64,000 nucleotides of DNA from Candidatus Dormiibacterota bacterium (GCA_963754015.1 CAVWEG010000007.1:443988-507987); one strand, 5' to 3'; shown: positions 46,458 to 57,499, counted from the first letter of the stretch. The notes: a model not told the origin generated them from the sequence alone. Made by a program: numbers and translations.

Positions 46458-48148
46458 TGGCGGTCATGGACGCGACTCTGCCCAAGGCGCGTTTCGCGCG
46501 CTACGACAAGTCGAAGGGCATCCTCGGCTGGTTGACGACGGTCGACCACAAGAAGATCGCGATCATGTACCTGTTCACGACCTTCTTCTTCTTCCTGGTC
46601 GGCGGAGTGATGGCGCTGCTCATCCGCATCCAGCTCGCGGAGCCGCAGAACACGTTCCTGACACCCGAGCAATACAACCAGATCTTCACGATGCACGGGA
46701 CGACGATGATCTTCCTGTGGATCATCCCGGTGTGGGCCGGGCTCGGGAACTACTTTGTCCCGTTGATGATCGGCGCGCGCGACATGGCATTCCCGCGCAT
46801 CAACGCGCTCTCCTTCTGGCTCATCCCGCTCGGCGGCATCGTCATGTACTCGGGCTTCCTCGTCCCCGCCACGACACACGCCGGCATCCTCTGCCCCGGC
46901 GGTCCGGGTGACGCGGGCTGGACCGGCTACGTCCCGCTCACCGGCGCGCACTACAGCTGCAGCATGGGTCAGGACCTCTGGATCATCGGGCTGCATCTCG
47001 TTGGTGTCGCCTCGATGCTCGGCGGCATCAACTTCCTGGCGACCATCCACAACATGCGTGCCAAAGGCATGACGTGGGGTCGATTGCCGTTGTTCGTGTG
47101 GGCGCAGGAGGTCACTGCAGCGCTCGTTGTGCTCGCATCGCCATTCCTCGCCGCCGGGCTCGCGATGAACCTGCTCGACCGCCAGATCGGCACCAACTTC
47201 TTCGACCCGGTCAACGGCGGCAGTGCGCTGCTCTACCAGTTCGTCTTCTGGTTCTACTCACATCCGGCGGTGTACATCATGATCCTGCCCGCCTTCGGGA
47301 TCATCAGCGAGATCATCCCGGTGTTCAGTCGAAAACCGGTGTTCGGCTACAAGGCGATGGCGGCCTCCATCGTGGCGATCGCATTCCTTGGATTCATCGT
47401 GTTCGTCCACCACATGTTCGTGACCGGTCTGCCCTTGGTGGTGCAGACGTTCTTCGCCTTCACGACCTTTGTCATCGGCGTGCCCACGGGGGTGAAGATC
47501 TTCAACTGGTTGGCGACGATGTGGGGCGGGAGCATCAAATACGACACACCCATGCTCTTTGCGTGCGGATTCCTGTTGATGTTCCTCATCGGCGGCATCG
47601 ACGGCGTGTATCTCGGGAGCCTCGCAGTGGACCGCCTCGTGCACGGCACGTACTGGGTTGTCGCGCATATTCACTATGTCCTGTTCGGCGGCAGTGTCAT
47701 GGGAGTCTTCGCCGCGTTCTATTACTGGTTTCCAAAGGTCACGGGCAGATTCCTCAGTGAGAAGTTAGGGAAGCTGCATTTCTGGACGATGTTCATCGGC
47801 ATCAACCTGACGTTCCTGCCGATGCACGCGCTCGGCATCCTCGGCATGCCGCGCCGCATCGCCACCTACCTCGACAACCGCGGCTGGGGTGACATCAACT
47901 CGCTGATCACCTTCGGTGCGTTCGTCATCGCCATCTCCGTGACCATCTTCATGATCAACTTCATCATCAGCATGCGAGCGCCCCGTACCGCACCGGACGA
48001 TCCGTGGGAGGGCAACACGCTGGAGTGGGCGACGTCGTCGCCGCCACCGGCGTGGAACTTCGACGAGGAACCGGAGGTGCTCAGCCTCCGTCCTGTACGC
48101 GACGCGCGGCTGGCGCGCAAGAAGGCTGCCGCGGGAGCGCCCGCGTAA
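46457..48148 (+). CDS. ctaD: Cytochrome c oxidase subunit I
   Basis: ORF 46436..48148 with ATG 46457 overlapping the coxB stop. Canonical haem-copper oxidase sequence ([25 protein letters not shown]). Confidence 0.95.
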   Translation: MAVMDATLPKARFARYDKSKGILGWLTTVDHKKIAIMYLFTTFFFFLVGGVMALLIRIQLAEPQNTFLTPEQYNQIFTMHGTTMIFLWIIPVWAGLGNYFVPLMIGARDMAFPRINALSFWLIPLGGIVMYSGFLVPATTHAGILCPGGPGDAGWTGYVPLTGAHYSCSMGQDLWIIGLHLVGVASMLGGINFLATIHNMRAKGMTWGRLPLFVWAQEVTAALVVLASPFLAAGLAMNLLDRQIGTNFFDPVNGGSALLYQFVFWFYSHPAVYIMILPAFGIISEIIPVFSRKPVFGYKAMAASIVAIAFLGFIVFVHHMFVTGLPLVVQTFFAFTTFVIGVPTGVKIFNWLATMWGGSIKYDTPMLFACGFLLMFLIGGIDGVYLGSLAVDRLVHGTYWVVAHIHYVLFGGSVMGVFAAFYYWFPKVTGRFLSEKLGKLHFWTMFIGINLTFLPMHALGILGMPRRIATYLDNRGWGDINSLITFGAFVIAISVTIFMINFIISMRAPRTAPDDPWEGNTLEWATSSPPPAWNFDEEPEVLSLRPVRDARLARKKAAAGAPA

Positions 48149-48161
48149 CGCTGGTGGCACG

Positions 48162-49144
48162 GTGATCTCGCGGCCGTCGGCAGGGTTCCGCCGCCTCGCG
48201 GTGGCGACCGCGGTGGCGACGTACCTGCTGATCGTCTGGGGTGGCATCGTCCGGGTGACGGGGAGCGGCAACGGCTGCGGCACCACGGATCAGTGGCCGC
48301 TGTGCCACGGCTCGCTGCTGCCCGCGTGGCAGATCAACACGCTCATCGAGTTCACGCATCGGTGGATCGCATCGATCTGCACGCTGCTCGTGATCGTCCT
48401 CACGGTCGCCACGTGGATGTGGCATCGCCACCATCGGCGCATCCTCGTCGGCACCACCATTGCGGCCGGGCTGTTCGTGGTGCAGATCGCGCTCGGTGCG
48501 CTTGCCGTCGAGTACAACCTCCCGGGCGGTGTGGTGATGATCCACCTCGCCAACGCGCTGCTCCTCTTTGCGGTGCTCATCTACGTTGCGGTGGTCGCCA
48601 CCACGGTGGGCACGACCCGAACGCCGTCGAAGGTCGTGTCGGGCGCGCTCGCATCGGTGAAAGTCCCGGTGATCATCGCCGTGATCGCGACGTATCTCGT
48701 TGCCATGAGCGGTGCGTTCGTCGTCGAGACGAGCTCGGGTGCGGGCTGCAACAGCTGGCCGCTCTGCGGCAGCGGATTCTCGCTGCCGGCGGGGCAGGCA
48801 GCCACCATCAACGTCGCGCATCGCCTTGTCGCGCTCATCGTCGTGCTGATGCTCGGCGGGCTCATGGCGATGATCCTTCGGCGCCGGCGTGGTGACCGTG
48901 CGGTGCGCATCGGCGTGATGTCCGTCAACCTGCTGCTCGTCCTGCAGGTCGCCGCCGGCGCGCTCGTCGTGGAGCTCGGCCTGCCGGCGTGGGTCCGCGG
49001 ACTCCACCTCGCCCTGGCATCGCTGCTCTGGGGCACGGTCGTTGCGACCGCTGCCTACAGCACGCTCGATGCACGTGAGGATGCGACCGTCGCGGAAGGA
49101 CAGCGCACCGACTCTGTGCGCACGCGTGCCGGAGCGACGTCGCT

Positions 49145-49148
<4 letters not shown>
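48162..49148 (+). CDS. ctaA: Haem A synthase (COX15/CtaA)
   Basis: 328 aa with 8 TM helices and His-Arg contexts EFTHRWIAS and NVAHRLVAL. Confidence 0.85.
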
Positions 49149-50050
<902 letters not shown>

Positions 50051-50063
50051 GGAGGATGCCCTG

Positions 50064-50183
50064 GTGAACCGAAAGCTCGCTCGCAAGAACATGCGCATGG
50101 GCGTCCTGATGTTCATCCTGCTGATGGTGCTCATGGGCGCGGCATTCGTCTGGGCTGCCATCTTCCTCGCGGTCACGAAGTAG
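50064..50183 (+). CDS. Hypothetical 39-aa single-TM micro-protein
   Basis: GAGGAGG lies 8 nt upstream of GTG 50064. Sequence is VNRKLARKNMRMGVLMFILLMVLMGAAFVWAAIFLAVTK, with high GC3. Confidence 0.4.
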   Translation: MNRKLARKNMRMGVLMFILLMVLMGAAFVWAAIFLAVTK

Positions 50184-50192
50184 GCAGCGAGG

Positions 50193-50456
50193 ATGACGGA
50201 CACGCTGGTCAAGCACGACGACAGTGACGGCGAGCACGCGCACGCGACGCCGCACCTGCCGCCGCCAAGCTTCGCGCCGATCAACGCCGCGCTGGCGCTC
50301 GCCATCACGCTGACAGGATTTCTCACCGACATCCGCAACGTCGTCGGTCCGGCCATGTGGTTGATCGGGCTGGTCTACCTCATCGCCTCGGGATACTTCT
50401 GGGCTCGCGGCGCGCGCAATGAGTACCTCGAGCTCCCGGAGGACGGAGGGCACTGA
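50193..50456 (+). CDS. Small 2-TM protein in the oxidase block (possible subunit IV-like)
   Basis: 87-aa ORF with a His-rich N-terminus and two hydrophobic helices. The functional suggestion rests on context only. Confidence 0.55.
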   Translation: MTDTLVKHDDSDGEHAHATPHLPPPSFAPINAALALAITLTGFLTDIRNVVGPAMWLIGLVYLIASGYFWARGARNEYLELPEDGGH

Positions 50457-50512
50457 CGGCTCACCTGGGACTCGGCGACTGGACGTGGGATCCCACCGTT
50501 ATCTGCGGCCTG

Positions 50513-51298
50513 GTGGCGGTCGCCTTCGGCTACGTCCTCGCGATGCGACGGGGAATCCTCGGTCCGGACGACGACGTCACCCCGTGGTTCCGCAGCCCGC
50601 GCTGGCGGCCCGTGCTCTTTTTCACGGGGCTCCTGATCACCTTCATCGCGCTCGAGTCGCCGATCGATCGCGGTGGCGACCTCTACCTGTTCTCGCTGCA
50701 CATGGTCCAGCACATGTTGCTGATGATGGTCGCGCCACCGCTCCTGCTCCTCGGCATCGCGGGAGCGAAGCCGGCGCCGCGCGAGCGCCACACCCTCGTG
50801 CGCACCGTCTGGTGGGCGATCACGCGACCGTGGCCCGCGGTGATCATCTTCAACGTCGTGCTGCTCCTCTGGCACATCCCGTCGCTGTACGACACGACGC
50901 TCACGACCGTCCCGGTGCACATCGTCGAGCACATCAGCTTCATCGCCGTCGGGCTGATCGTCTGGTGGCCGGTCGTCGATCCGATTCGCGACGATCAGAC
51001 GGTCACGGTGAGCCCGCTCACGAAGATCGCCGCGCTGAGCGTCGCCGGCGTGCCGCCAACGGTGCTCGGCATCATCTTCGCGCTCGCGCCGGCGCCGCTC
51101 TACAGCTTTTACGTGCAGGCACCGCGTCTGTGGGGCCTCTCCGCGCTGACCGATCAGCAGTACGGCGGCGTGATCATGCTCGGGGTCGGCAACATCGTCT
51201 ACTTCATTGCAGTCATCGTCGTATTCATGCGGCTCTTCTCCGATCCGGGTCGGGACGAGGAATTGGCGGCGGATCGTATTGCCGAGGCGATGCGCTGA
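50513..51298 (+). CDS. ctaG: Cytochrome c oxidase assembly factor CtaG (Caa3_CtaG family)
   Basis: 261-aa ORF, polytopic, with SLHMVQHMLLMMVAPPLLL and HIVEHISF. The family-typical N-terminus (LGLGDWTWDPTVICGL) is in frame upstream but has no ATG/GTG/TTG. Confidence 0.8.
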   Translation: MAVAFGYVLAMRRGILGPDDDVTPWFRSPRWRPVLFFTGLLITFIALESPIDRGGDLYLFSLHMVQHMLLMMVAPPLLLLGIAGAKPAPRERHTLVRTVWWAITRPWPAVIIFNVVLLLWHIPSLYDTTLTTVPVHIVEHISFIAVGLIVWWPVVDPIRDDQTVTVSPLTKIAALSVAGVPPTVLGIIFALAPAPLYSFYVQAPRLWGLSALTDQQYGGVIMLGVGNIVYFIAVIVVFMRLFSDPGRDEELAADRIAEAMR

Positions 51299-51353
51299 TG
51301 CCGCAAGTCGTATGGCCGAACCCATCCTTTAAGATGGCAACAGGAGAAAACAC

Positions 51354-51860
51354 TTGAGTCATCTGCGGGCACTTGCGGTGGGAATGGGGGTCTGCGTGGC
51401 GATTGCACTCATTGGCTGTGGCAATGGCGCGCCCACGAGCAGTACCGGCACGAGTGGCCCGTGTCCCGGGAAGTTCGCCGCGAGCGGGCTGGGGACGCCC
51501 GCCGTGACCGTCGACGCCACCGACGACCTCGTCTTCGTGCCGGCCAAGTCCAGCGTCGGGACGGGCCAGGTCATCGAGTTCAAGAACACCGGGTCGGTTG
51601 AGCACACCGTCACGTTCTCCGGCTCGCTGGCGTGTCTCAGTGACGACACGCTCGATCCCGGCGGAACGTGGGACGTCGAGTTCAACAACCCTGGCAGCGT
51701 CAACTACATCTGCACGATCCACGCCCCGAACATGGCGGGCGTGATCACGGTCACGGGATCGGCGGCACCGCCCGCGACCTCGGCTTCCGCCTCGCCGTCG
51801 GCGTCGGCCTCGCCCGGCGCGACACCGAGCCCATCGGCGACCGCGACACCGGCGACGTAG
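51354..51860 (+). CDS. Type-1 copper (plastocyanin/amicyanin-like) cupredoxin lipoprotein
   Basis: AGGAG lies upstream of the TTG start. It has the lipobox ALIGCG, Cu ligands in EHTVTF and YICTIHAPNMAG, and a Ser/Ala/Pro-rich tail. Confidence 0.85.
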   Translation: MSHLRALAVGMGVCVAIALIGCGNGAPTSSTGTSGPCPGKFAASGLGTPAVTVDATDDLVFVPAKSSVGTGQVIEFKNTGSVEHTVTFSGSLACLSDDTLDPGGTWDVEFNNPGSVNYICTIHAPNMAGVITVTGSAAPPATSASASPSASASPGATPSPSATATPAT

Positions 51861-51865
51861 CGTTG

Positions 51866-51889
51866 GAGGAGGCCGGAGTCGGCCTCCTC
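51866..51889. terminator. 10-bp GC hairpin between convergent cupredoxin and birA
   Basis: gaggaggccg-gagt-cggcctcctc. It overlaps the birA stop codon and has no U-tract. Confidence 0.4.
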
Positions 51890-52667
51890 AGTCCTCGCCC
51901 GTTGTCCCTGTTCCGATGTGCACGTCGCCTGCGAGCACGCGGTGCAGCTCATCACCTGAGCGGACGAGCAGCGTCCCGTCGTCCTCCACACCGACTGCCA
52001 CACCGTCGAGCGTGCCGGCGGCGCTGCGAACGGTAACGGCCTCTCCGAGCCCGACGGCGACCTGCCGCCATCCGGCGACGATCGCGGGGATGCCGTCGCG
52101 CTCGAGAGTGGCCAGGCGAGCCCAGAGCGCGTCCATCCATGCCCGGAACAGTGTCTCGGCACCGGGAGGATCGTCGACGAGCTCGTGCAGGCTGATGCCG
52201 CGGGCGCCATCCGGAAATGCACCGACGCGCAGGTTCACGCCGAGCCCGAGCGCGATGGCGACACGGCCTTCCTGCGCTCCTATGGGCGCCACTTCGCAGA
52301 GGATGCCGGCGAGCTTGCGTCCGCGCACCAGGACGTCGTTCGGCCACTTGAGTCCCGCACTGACCCCGGCCGTCGTCGCCAGTGCGTCGACGAGAGCAAG
52401 CCCGGCCGCGAAGGGCACGCCCGACGCGACGGCTGGGGAACGGCGGAGCAGGACCGACACGAGCAACGCCGATCCGGCCGGCGCGCTCCACGCCCTGCCC
52501 TGACGCCCCCGGCCGGCCGTCTGCTCGTCCGCGAGGCAGCACAGTCCCTCGCCGGCACCCGACCGAGCGGCGTGCAGGACGATGTCCTGCGTGCTTCTCG
52601 TCCGGGCGACTCGCCTGATGCGAAGAGCCGGAAAACGCGCTTCTTGACCAGCGTCATCGTGCGACAT
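51888..52667 (-). CDS. birA: Biotin-[acetyl-CoA-carboxylase] ligase
   Basis: 259 aa with the motif GRGRQGRAWSAPAGSALLVSVLL. It has no N-terminal HTH domain (class I type). Confidence 0.9.
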   Translation of the reverse strand: MSHDDAGQEARFPALRIRRVARTRSTQDIVLHAARSGAGEGLCCLADEQTAGRGRQGRAWSAPAGSALLVSVLLRRSPAVASGVPFAAGLALVDALATTAGVSAGLKWPNDVLVRGRKLAGILCEVAPIGAQEGRVAIALGLGVNLRVGAFPDGARGISLHELVDDPPGAETLFRAWMDALWARLATLERDGIPAIVAGWRQVAVGLGEAVTVRSAAGTLDGVAVGVEDDGTLLVRSGDELHRVLAGDVHIGTGTTGED

Positions 52668-52713
52668 AGGATGAAGTGATATCAGGGGTAGAGGACCGGA
52701 GGGTGGAGAGCCA

Positions 52714-53022
52714 ATGATCCAGGAGACTTGCGTTGAGATCGGCGAGCTTGAAGCTCGCTGGACCTCACTGCGGGAAGCGCGTAATGCACGGCGGCAGAAG
52801 ATCCGCTATATCGACGAGCTCATCGACGCGTTCGAGAAGCTGAACCTTGCCGATGAGGTCGAGGTCCCGTACGAGCTCGTCGGACGGGCGGTTGCCCTCG
52901 TCAGCGACGACCGGCTGATCGCCGGACGCGTGCCGGACGAATTGATGATCTCGGAGTGGATGGATGCACTCTACGAGGTGCAGGACAGCCTGATGTTCAC
53001 CGCCGAGGACGATTCGGACTGA
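52714..53022 (+). CDS. Hypothetical acidic 102-aa protein
   Basis: The ORF has GGAGGGTGGAG upstream and no recognisable motif. Confidence 0.6.
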   Translation: MIQETCVEIGELEARWTSLREARNARRQKIRYIDELIDAFEKLNLADEVEVPYELVGRAVALVSDDRLIAGRVPDELMISEWMDALYEVQDSLMFTAEDDSD

Positions 53023-53062
53023 GCCCTATACTGGGCGCGGTGGTCCCGGCGAGCCGCGACGG

Positions 53063-53138
<76 letters not shown>

Positions 53139-53165
53139 CTCGCAGTTCGCGCTGAGCGGCGCGCG

Positions 53166-54332
53166 CTAGTGCGCTGCGGTGTGCGCCATCTGATCTGGCG
53201 GCATCTCCATCATGCGCAGCATCGCGACACCACCCGTGCGCAGGAATCGCACGAGCAACAACGCGATGACCACGAGCACCGCAATGTTGAGGAACGTTGT
53301 CGCGTCCCACGCGACGCTCATGCTGAACGCCGTCACGTTGCGATTGGTCGGCACCCAACCAAGCGTCGTGAACAACGCACCGACCGCGAGTCCCGCGGCG
53401 ACCATCGTGACGTACGAAACCGCGGTGAGATATGCGGCAACGCGTATGCCGTAGTACTTCCGGTAGATGTTGAGGATCGGAATGATGATGAGGTCGCCGA
53501 AGACAAACGCGATGGCGCCGCCGAAACCGATGCCGTTGCGCCAGAGGATCGCGGCCAGCGGCACGTTGCCGACCGAGCAGACGTAGCTCAGCAGCGCCAC
53601 GAGCGGTCCGATGACGGCGCTCCAGAGCTCCGGTCCGAACCCCTGGCCACCGAGGAACAGATGCGACCAGAACGCAGCCGGCACCCATGCGCCGATCGCA
53701 CCGGCGATGAGGAATCCGAGCAGCAGATCCCACCAGAGTGAGGAGACGCTCATGAAGAAGTTGTGGCTGAGCAACGTGAGCGCCTGGGGCGCGCGAATGC
53801 GATCGAGCAGCGGCCCTTCGCTCAATGACATGTCCATTGCGGCGTGCCCTTCCATTTTCCCGCGCAGCCCGCGCTCGGCCTGCGCGCGCGCGCTCGCAGC
53901 GAGCTGTGGTGTGAGCGTCAGCCGGAAGATGATCGCGAGCAGCACCACCATGACGAGGCCGCCGGCGAACTCCGCAGCGAGAAACTGCCAGCCGAGCAGC
54001 ACCAGCAACGCGAGGGCCAGTTCGAAGACGAGGTTCGTCGACGCGAACTCGAAGATGATCGCGTTGGGGAGCGTCGCGCCTTTGCGGAACAGGGTCCTGC
54101 CGACCGCCACCGCGGCGTAGGAGCAGGACGACGACGCGGCGCCGAACGCCGTCGCCAGCGCAACCGGTCGCAGCCCGCCGCCGCCGAGGAAGCGGGAGAT
54201 CGCCTGCTTCGACACAAAGGTCTCGACGACCGCCGAGAGGAGGAACCCAAGGGCGAGCGGCCACAGCACTGCCCAGAACATCTCGAACGCCAGACGCAGG
54301 GCGTCGCCGGCATGGGAGAGGACGAAGCTCAC
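53166..54332 (-). CDS. Permease (COG0701/DUF318, ArsP-like)
   Basis: ORF 53166..54407, with start likely GTG 54332 (VSFVLSHAG). It is polytopic, with the Cys motifs ASSSCSYAAV and LLSYVCSVGNVP. Confidence 0.85.
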   Translation of the reverse strand: MSFVLSHAGDALRLAFEMFWAVLWPLALGFLLSAVVETFVSKQAISRFLGGGGLRPVALATAFGAASSSCSYAAVAVGRTLFRKGATLPNAIIFEFASTNLVFELALALLVLLGWQFLAAEFAGGLVMVVLLAIIFRLTLTPQLAASARAQAERGLRGKMEGHAAMDMSLSEGPLLDRIRAPQALTLLSHNFFMSVSSLWWDLLLGFLIAGAIGAWVPAAFWSHLFLGGQGFGPELWSAVIGPLVALLSYVCSVGNVPLAAILWRNGIGFGGAIAFVFGDLIIIPILNIYRKYYGIRVAAYLTAVSYVTMVAAGLAVGALFTTLGWVPTNRNVTAFSMSVAWDATTFLNIAVLVVIALLLVRFLRTGGVAMLRMMEMPPDQMAHTAAH

Positions 54333-54462
54333 GCGGCCAGGGTATCCGGGGAGGCGCCACCCACAAACTCTGAGCGGTCTCTCAGGACGTGCCCACAGGG
54401 TTCTCACGCCACAGCGCGACGCTGAACACCGTCAAACGTCAACCACCCACGAGGTACGCATC

Positions 54463-54759
54463 ATGGACGGCGACCAGCTCATTCCACCCCCTCCGCCACC
54501 CGAGGAATCGCCTCGGCGCGCAACAGGATTCCGCAAGATCGCGGCGACCGCCATGCTCTGCGGCGGTCTGCTCGTCGGTTCGGGCATCGGCGGCTTCGCG
54601 ATCGCTCACGCGGCCGGCAACGCATCAACCGCCGCCTCGACCACGTCGACTGCGCTGGCGGCGAGCACGACGACGCCGGCAGCGACGACAACCCCGGCCA
54701 CGAAGCCGAATTGTCCCAACATGGGCGGCTCGACCGGGTCGACTGGCACCTCAGGCTAG
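54463..54759 (+). CDS. Hypothetical 98-aa type II membrane protein (polyPro N-terminus, Thr/Ala linker, C-terminal NCPNM)
   Basis: Sequence reads MDGDQLIPPPPPPEESPRR, then TM helix AATAMLCGGLLVGSGIGGFAI, then a T/A-rich linker, ending KPNCPNMGGSTGSTGTSG. Confidence 0.45.
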   Translation: MDGDQLIPPPPPPEESPRRATGFRKIAATAMLCGGLLVGSGIGGFAIAHAAGNASTAASTTSTALAASTTTPAATTTPATKPNCPNMGGSTGSTGTSG

Positions 54760-54779
54760 CCCCTTACCCCCTTCCCTCC

Positions 54780-54810
54780 AAGGCGGCCCGCCGGCTCGGC
54801 GGGCCGCCTT
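54780..54810. terminator. Perfect 13-bp GC hairpin between convergent genes
   Basis: aaggcggcccgcc-ggctc-ggcgggccgcctt. It abuts the stop codon of the minus-strand gene and has no clear U-tract. Confidence 0.5.
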
Positions 54811-55712
54811 CACCACCACTCGAAGGGGCGCCCATCCCAGTCATCCAGCACCGGGTACGTCGGGTCGGCAGCGAGCTCCGCGACTCGATGAGCGAAGGCG
54901 TCAACCTCCGCCTCACTGAGGAGGCGCCGGAGCCGGGTTCGGAGCGCCGTCATCCGCGTCTCGTCGGCGGCGAGGTCCTGGAGACGCTTCGCCAGCCTCG
55001 CGGGTACCTCCGAACCACCGAGCGTGATCAACGCGGTGCGCTGGCGCGGGTAGGGGAGGAAGCTCAGCGCGTTGTCGATCGCGTGGACATTCGGACCGCC
55101 GACGACGAGGAGATGTGCGCGCTTGCGGTCGGCGTTGTTGATGAGGACGTCGAGCAGCGCCACCGCCCGGAGCTGCGTCTCGAGTCGTGCTGCCTGTTCT
55201 GCGGTCAGGCCCTCCTCGAGGACGTGGACGAAGCGCTGCATCGATCCCGGACCGAGCGGGCCGTCGCGAAGCACGGTGGCCGGCACGCGATGGAGGCCGA
55301 GCGCGGCATCGACGATGTACGCCGCGACCTCGCGGAGGTAGAGGGTGCGGCGCGGGAAGTCCCAGAGGGGACGCTCGCCGCGCACCGGCTTGTAGACGGC
55401 GCGCAGCGGCTGGGTCGCGTCGGCTGGGTCCTTGGCGTCGAGCTCGACGAGGAAGACGCCGTTGCTCCCGTACACGACCTCACCGATGCGCTCGATCGGG
55501 GCTTCGGCGAGGAGGGTGGCGACCTCCATGTCCCGGGGAGCGGCGCCGTCGGTGGGGCCTGGCGCCAACGCCGCCTCGAATCGCTCGCGCAACGAGGGCG
55601 CGGTGCCGGGCTCGTCGTTATCGGCGGGCAGCATGAGGCCCGGGATGGGATCGAGATGCGGGCGTCGCGGACGCCGGACACCAGACTGGCGGCGCGGATG
55701 CTCTCGGGTCAC
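54810..55712 (-). CDS. SCO1664-family protein (PI3/4-kinase-like fold)
   Basis: 300-aa ORF with AVYKPVRGERPLWDFPRRTLYLREVAAYIV and LINNADRKRAHLL. Confidence 0.8.
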   Translation of the reverse strand: MTREHPRRQSGVRRPRRPHLDPIPGLMLPADNDEPGTAPSLRERFEAALAPGPTDGAAPRDMEVATLLAEAPIERIGEVVYGSNGVFLVELDAKDPADATQPLRAVYKPVRGERPLWDFPRRTLYLREVAAYIVDAALGLHRVPATVLRDGPLGPGSMQRFVHVLEEGLTAEQAARLETQLRAVALLDVLINNADRKRAHLLVVGGPNVHAIDNALSFLPYPRQRTALITLGGSEVPARLAKRLQDLAADETRMTALRTRLRRLLSEAEVDAFAHRVAELAADPTYPVLDDWDGRPFEWW

Positions 55713-55740
55713 GCGCTGCCGGAAACGGCCTCGGACGAGG

Positions 55741-56118
55741 TCAGCGAGTCCGCCGGGCGACGACGAGGGTGGTGATCACCGCCAGGACGAGGGGAACGCC
55801 GATGAGCATCGTCACCGTGAGGGCGTCGTCCGCCGAATCCCAGACCCCGAGCGCGACCACGAGCATCAGTGCAACCGCGAGCGCGACGAGGGTGTTGGGG
55901 ATCCACTCGCGCTTGACCTGACGTGTTACCGGGCGGGGCTCGGCAACCTCGGCAAAGGGAGTGGCCGTCTCGTCCTCCTCATACCAGCGACGATGTGCGG
56001 CGGGCACGCCCCCATCGGACGGGAGATCAGCGCGCTCGAGCGCGGCCCACCAGCTGGGTGCGCCGTCGTTTCGTCGCTGACCGGAAGGCCGGGCGGACCG
56101 CGAAGACTCGTCGGACAT
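55741..56118 (-). CDS. Hypothetical membrane protein (125 aa, 2 C-terminal TM)
   Basis: The ORF has a charged N-terminus followed by NTLVALAVALMLVVALGVW and LIGVPLVLAVITTLVVA. Confidence 0.5.
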   Translation of the reverse strand: MSDESSRSARPSGQRRNDGAPSWWAALERADLPSDGGVPAAHRRWYEEDETATPFAEVAEPRPVTRQVKREWIPNTLVALAVALMLVVALGVWDSADDALTVTMLIGVPLVLAVITTLVVARRTR

Positions 56119-56245
56119 GGAGCCTCGAATGACGACGGCTGACCAGGACGGCCGTTCGAAGAAGACGCGTGATCCGCGAGCGGTGTACAGATGATATCGC
56201 CTGGGCGGAACCGCCGCTACCTCGGCGAGTCACAGTAGCCGGACG

Positions 56246-56902
56246 ATGTTGCAACCGACCCGGCGAGCCAAGGCACTCGAGATCCTGCAGCGCGAGCAGC
56301 GAGCGTGCACGCGCTGCGCGGACGCCGGGTACATCCCTCGCGCGCACCCGGTCTTCAGCGGTCACGCAGGGCAGCACATCCTCCTCGTCGGCCAGGCACC
56401 GGGACCGGTGGAGCAGGATCAGAGCAGGCCCTTTGCGGGGCGATCCGGACGTCAGCTGATGCGCTGGCTGGTTCGCGCCGGCCTCCGTGACGAGGCGGAT
56501 GTTCGCGATCGGATCTACATGACTGCCATGACCACCTGCTTCCCAGGCCGCCGTCCCGACGGAGCCGGCGATCGACGGCCCAGTGCGGCCGAGGTGGTGC
56601 TCTGCGCGCCGTGGCTGGACTCGGTGATCGCACTGCTCGCACCGCGCCTGATCATCCCTATTGGTTCGCTGTCGCTCGAGCGCTTCCTCCCCGGCCGCAA
56701 GCTCGATGACGTCATCGGTTCGGCATATGCGGCCGACGGGACGAGCCTGCGCGGCACACCGCATGCTGCGCCCGCACTGCTGCCGCTGCCACATCCGTCC
56801 GGGCAGAGTCGCTGGCTCAATGACCCTGCCCGAGTCGCGCTGCTCGACCGAGCGCTCGTGCGACTGACGTCACTCGTGCAATGGGCCAACTCGGCACCGT
56901 AA
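56246..56902 (+). CDS. Uracil-DNA glycosylase superfamily protein
   Basis: 218 aa with motif A GQAPG and motif B HPSG. CTRC lies near the N-terminus. Confidence 0.85.
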   Translation: MLQPTRRAKALEILQREQRACTRCADAGYIPRAHPVFSGHAGQHILLVGQAPGPVEQDQSRPFAGRSGRQLMRWLVRAGLRDEADVRDRIYMTAMTTCFPGRRPDGAGDRRPSAAEVVLCAPWLDSVIALLAPRLIIPIGSLSLERFLPGRKLDDVIGSAYAADGTSLRGTPHAAPALLPLPHPSGQSRWLNDPARVALLDRALVRLTSLVQWANSAP

Positions 56903-56926
56903 GCGCTGCGACTTTCACGAGGTATC

Positions 56927-56950
56927 GCCGATGCTATCATCGGCTTTCTC
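56927..56950 (+). terminator. Intrinsic terminator after the UDG gene
   Basis: gccgatg-ctat-catcggc followed by tttctc. Confidence 0.6.
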
Positions 56951-56968
56951 GACTTTCGTTGTGGGTGA

Positions 56969-57487
56969 ATGGGAGAAAGGTTGGGCCAGCGGGGACAGCC
57001 ACGTCGTGAGAGCACACCGCTGATTCGCGACGAGACCGAGTCGCCGGCACCGGCAGCGGTCAAGGACGCCGAGGACATTCTTGAGCGCATCTTCGCGCCC
57101 ACCGTCAAGGCGAGTCCCGCCGAACAGGCCGAGCGCGCGTTGCGCCGTCCCAAGCAATTGATCTACTGCGCGTTGAGCAATCGCAACTTCTACTGGCGCC
57201 AGCACATCACGAAGTTCGTCCTCGACGAGGGAGCGGTGCCGATCGTTCCGTTCATGCTCTTCGACTATTACCTCGTGCACACGGTGCCGAAGGATGTGGT
57301 CCGCGAGGCGTTCAACAACCTCATCGTGCGCTGCGATCAGATGTGGGTGTTCGGCAATCCATCACTCGGCGTCAAGGTGCAGATGGGCATCGCCAAACGC
57401 CTCAAGAAACCGATCCGCTACTACGACATCACCGATATGCCGTACCGGGTGGTCAGCGTTCCCGAAGCGATGCTCCGCGAGGAGTGA
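56969..57487 (+). CDS. Hypothetical protein (disordered N-terminus plus conserved-looking C-terminal domain)
   Basis: 172-aa ORF. The C-terminal about 110 aa read LIYCALSNRNFYWRQHITKFVLDEGAVPIVPFMLFDYYL...CDQMWVFG. No family assigned with confidence. Confidence 0.6.
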   Translation: MGERLGQRGQPRRESTPLIRDETESPAPAAVKDAEDILERIFAPTVKASPAEQAERALRRPKQLIYCALSNRNFYWRQHITKFVLDEGAVPIVPFMLFDYYLVHTVPKDVVREAFNNLIVRCDQMWVFGNPSLGVKVQMGIAKRLKKPIRYYDITDMPYRVVSVPEAMLREE

Positions 57488-57499
57488 GACACTGACGTC

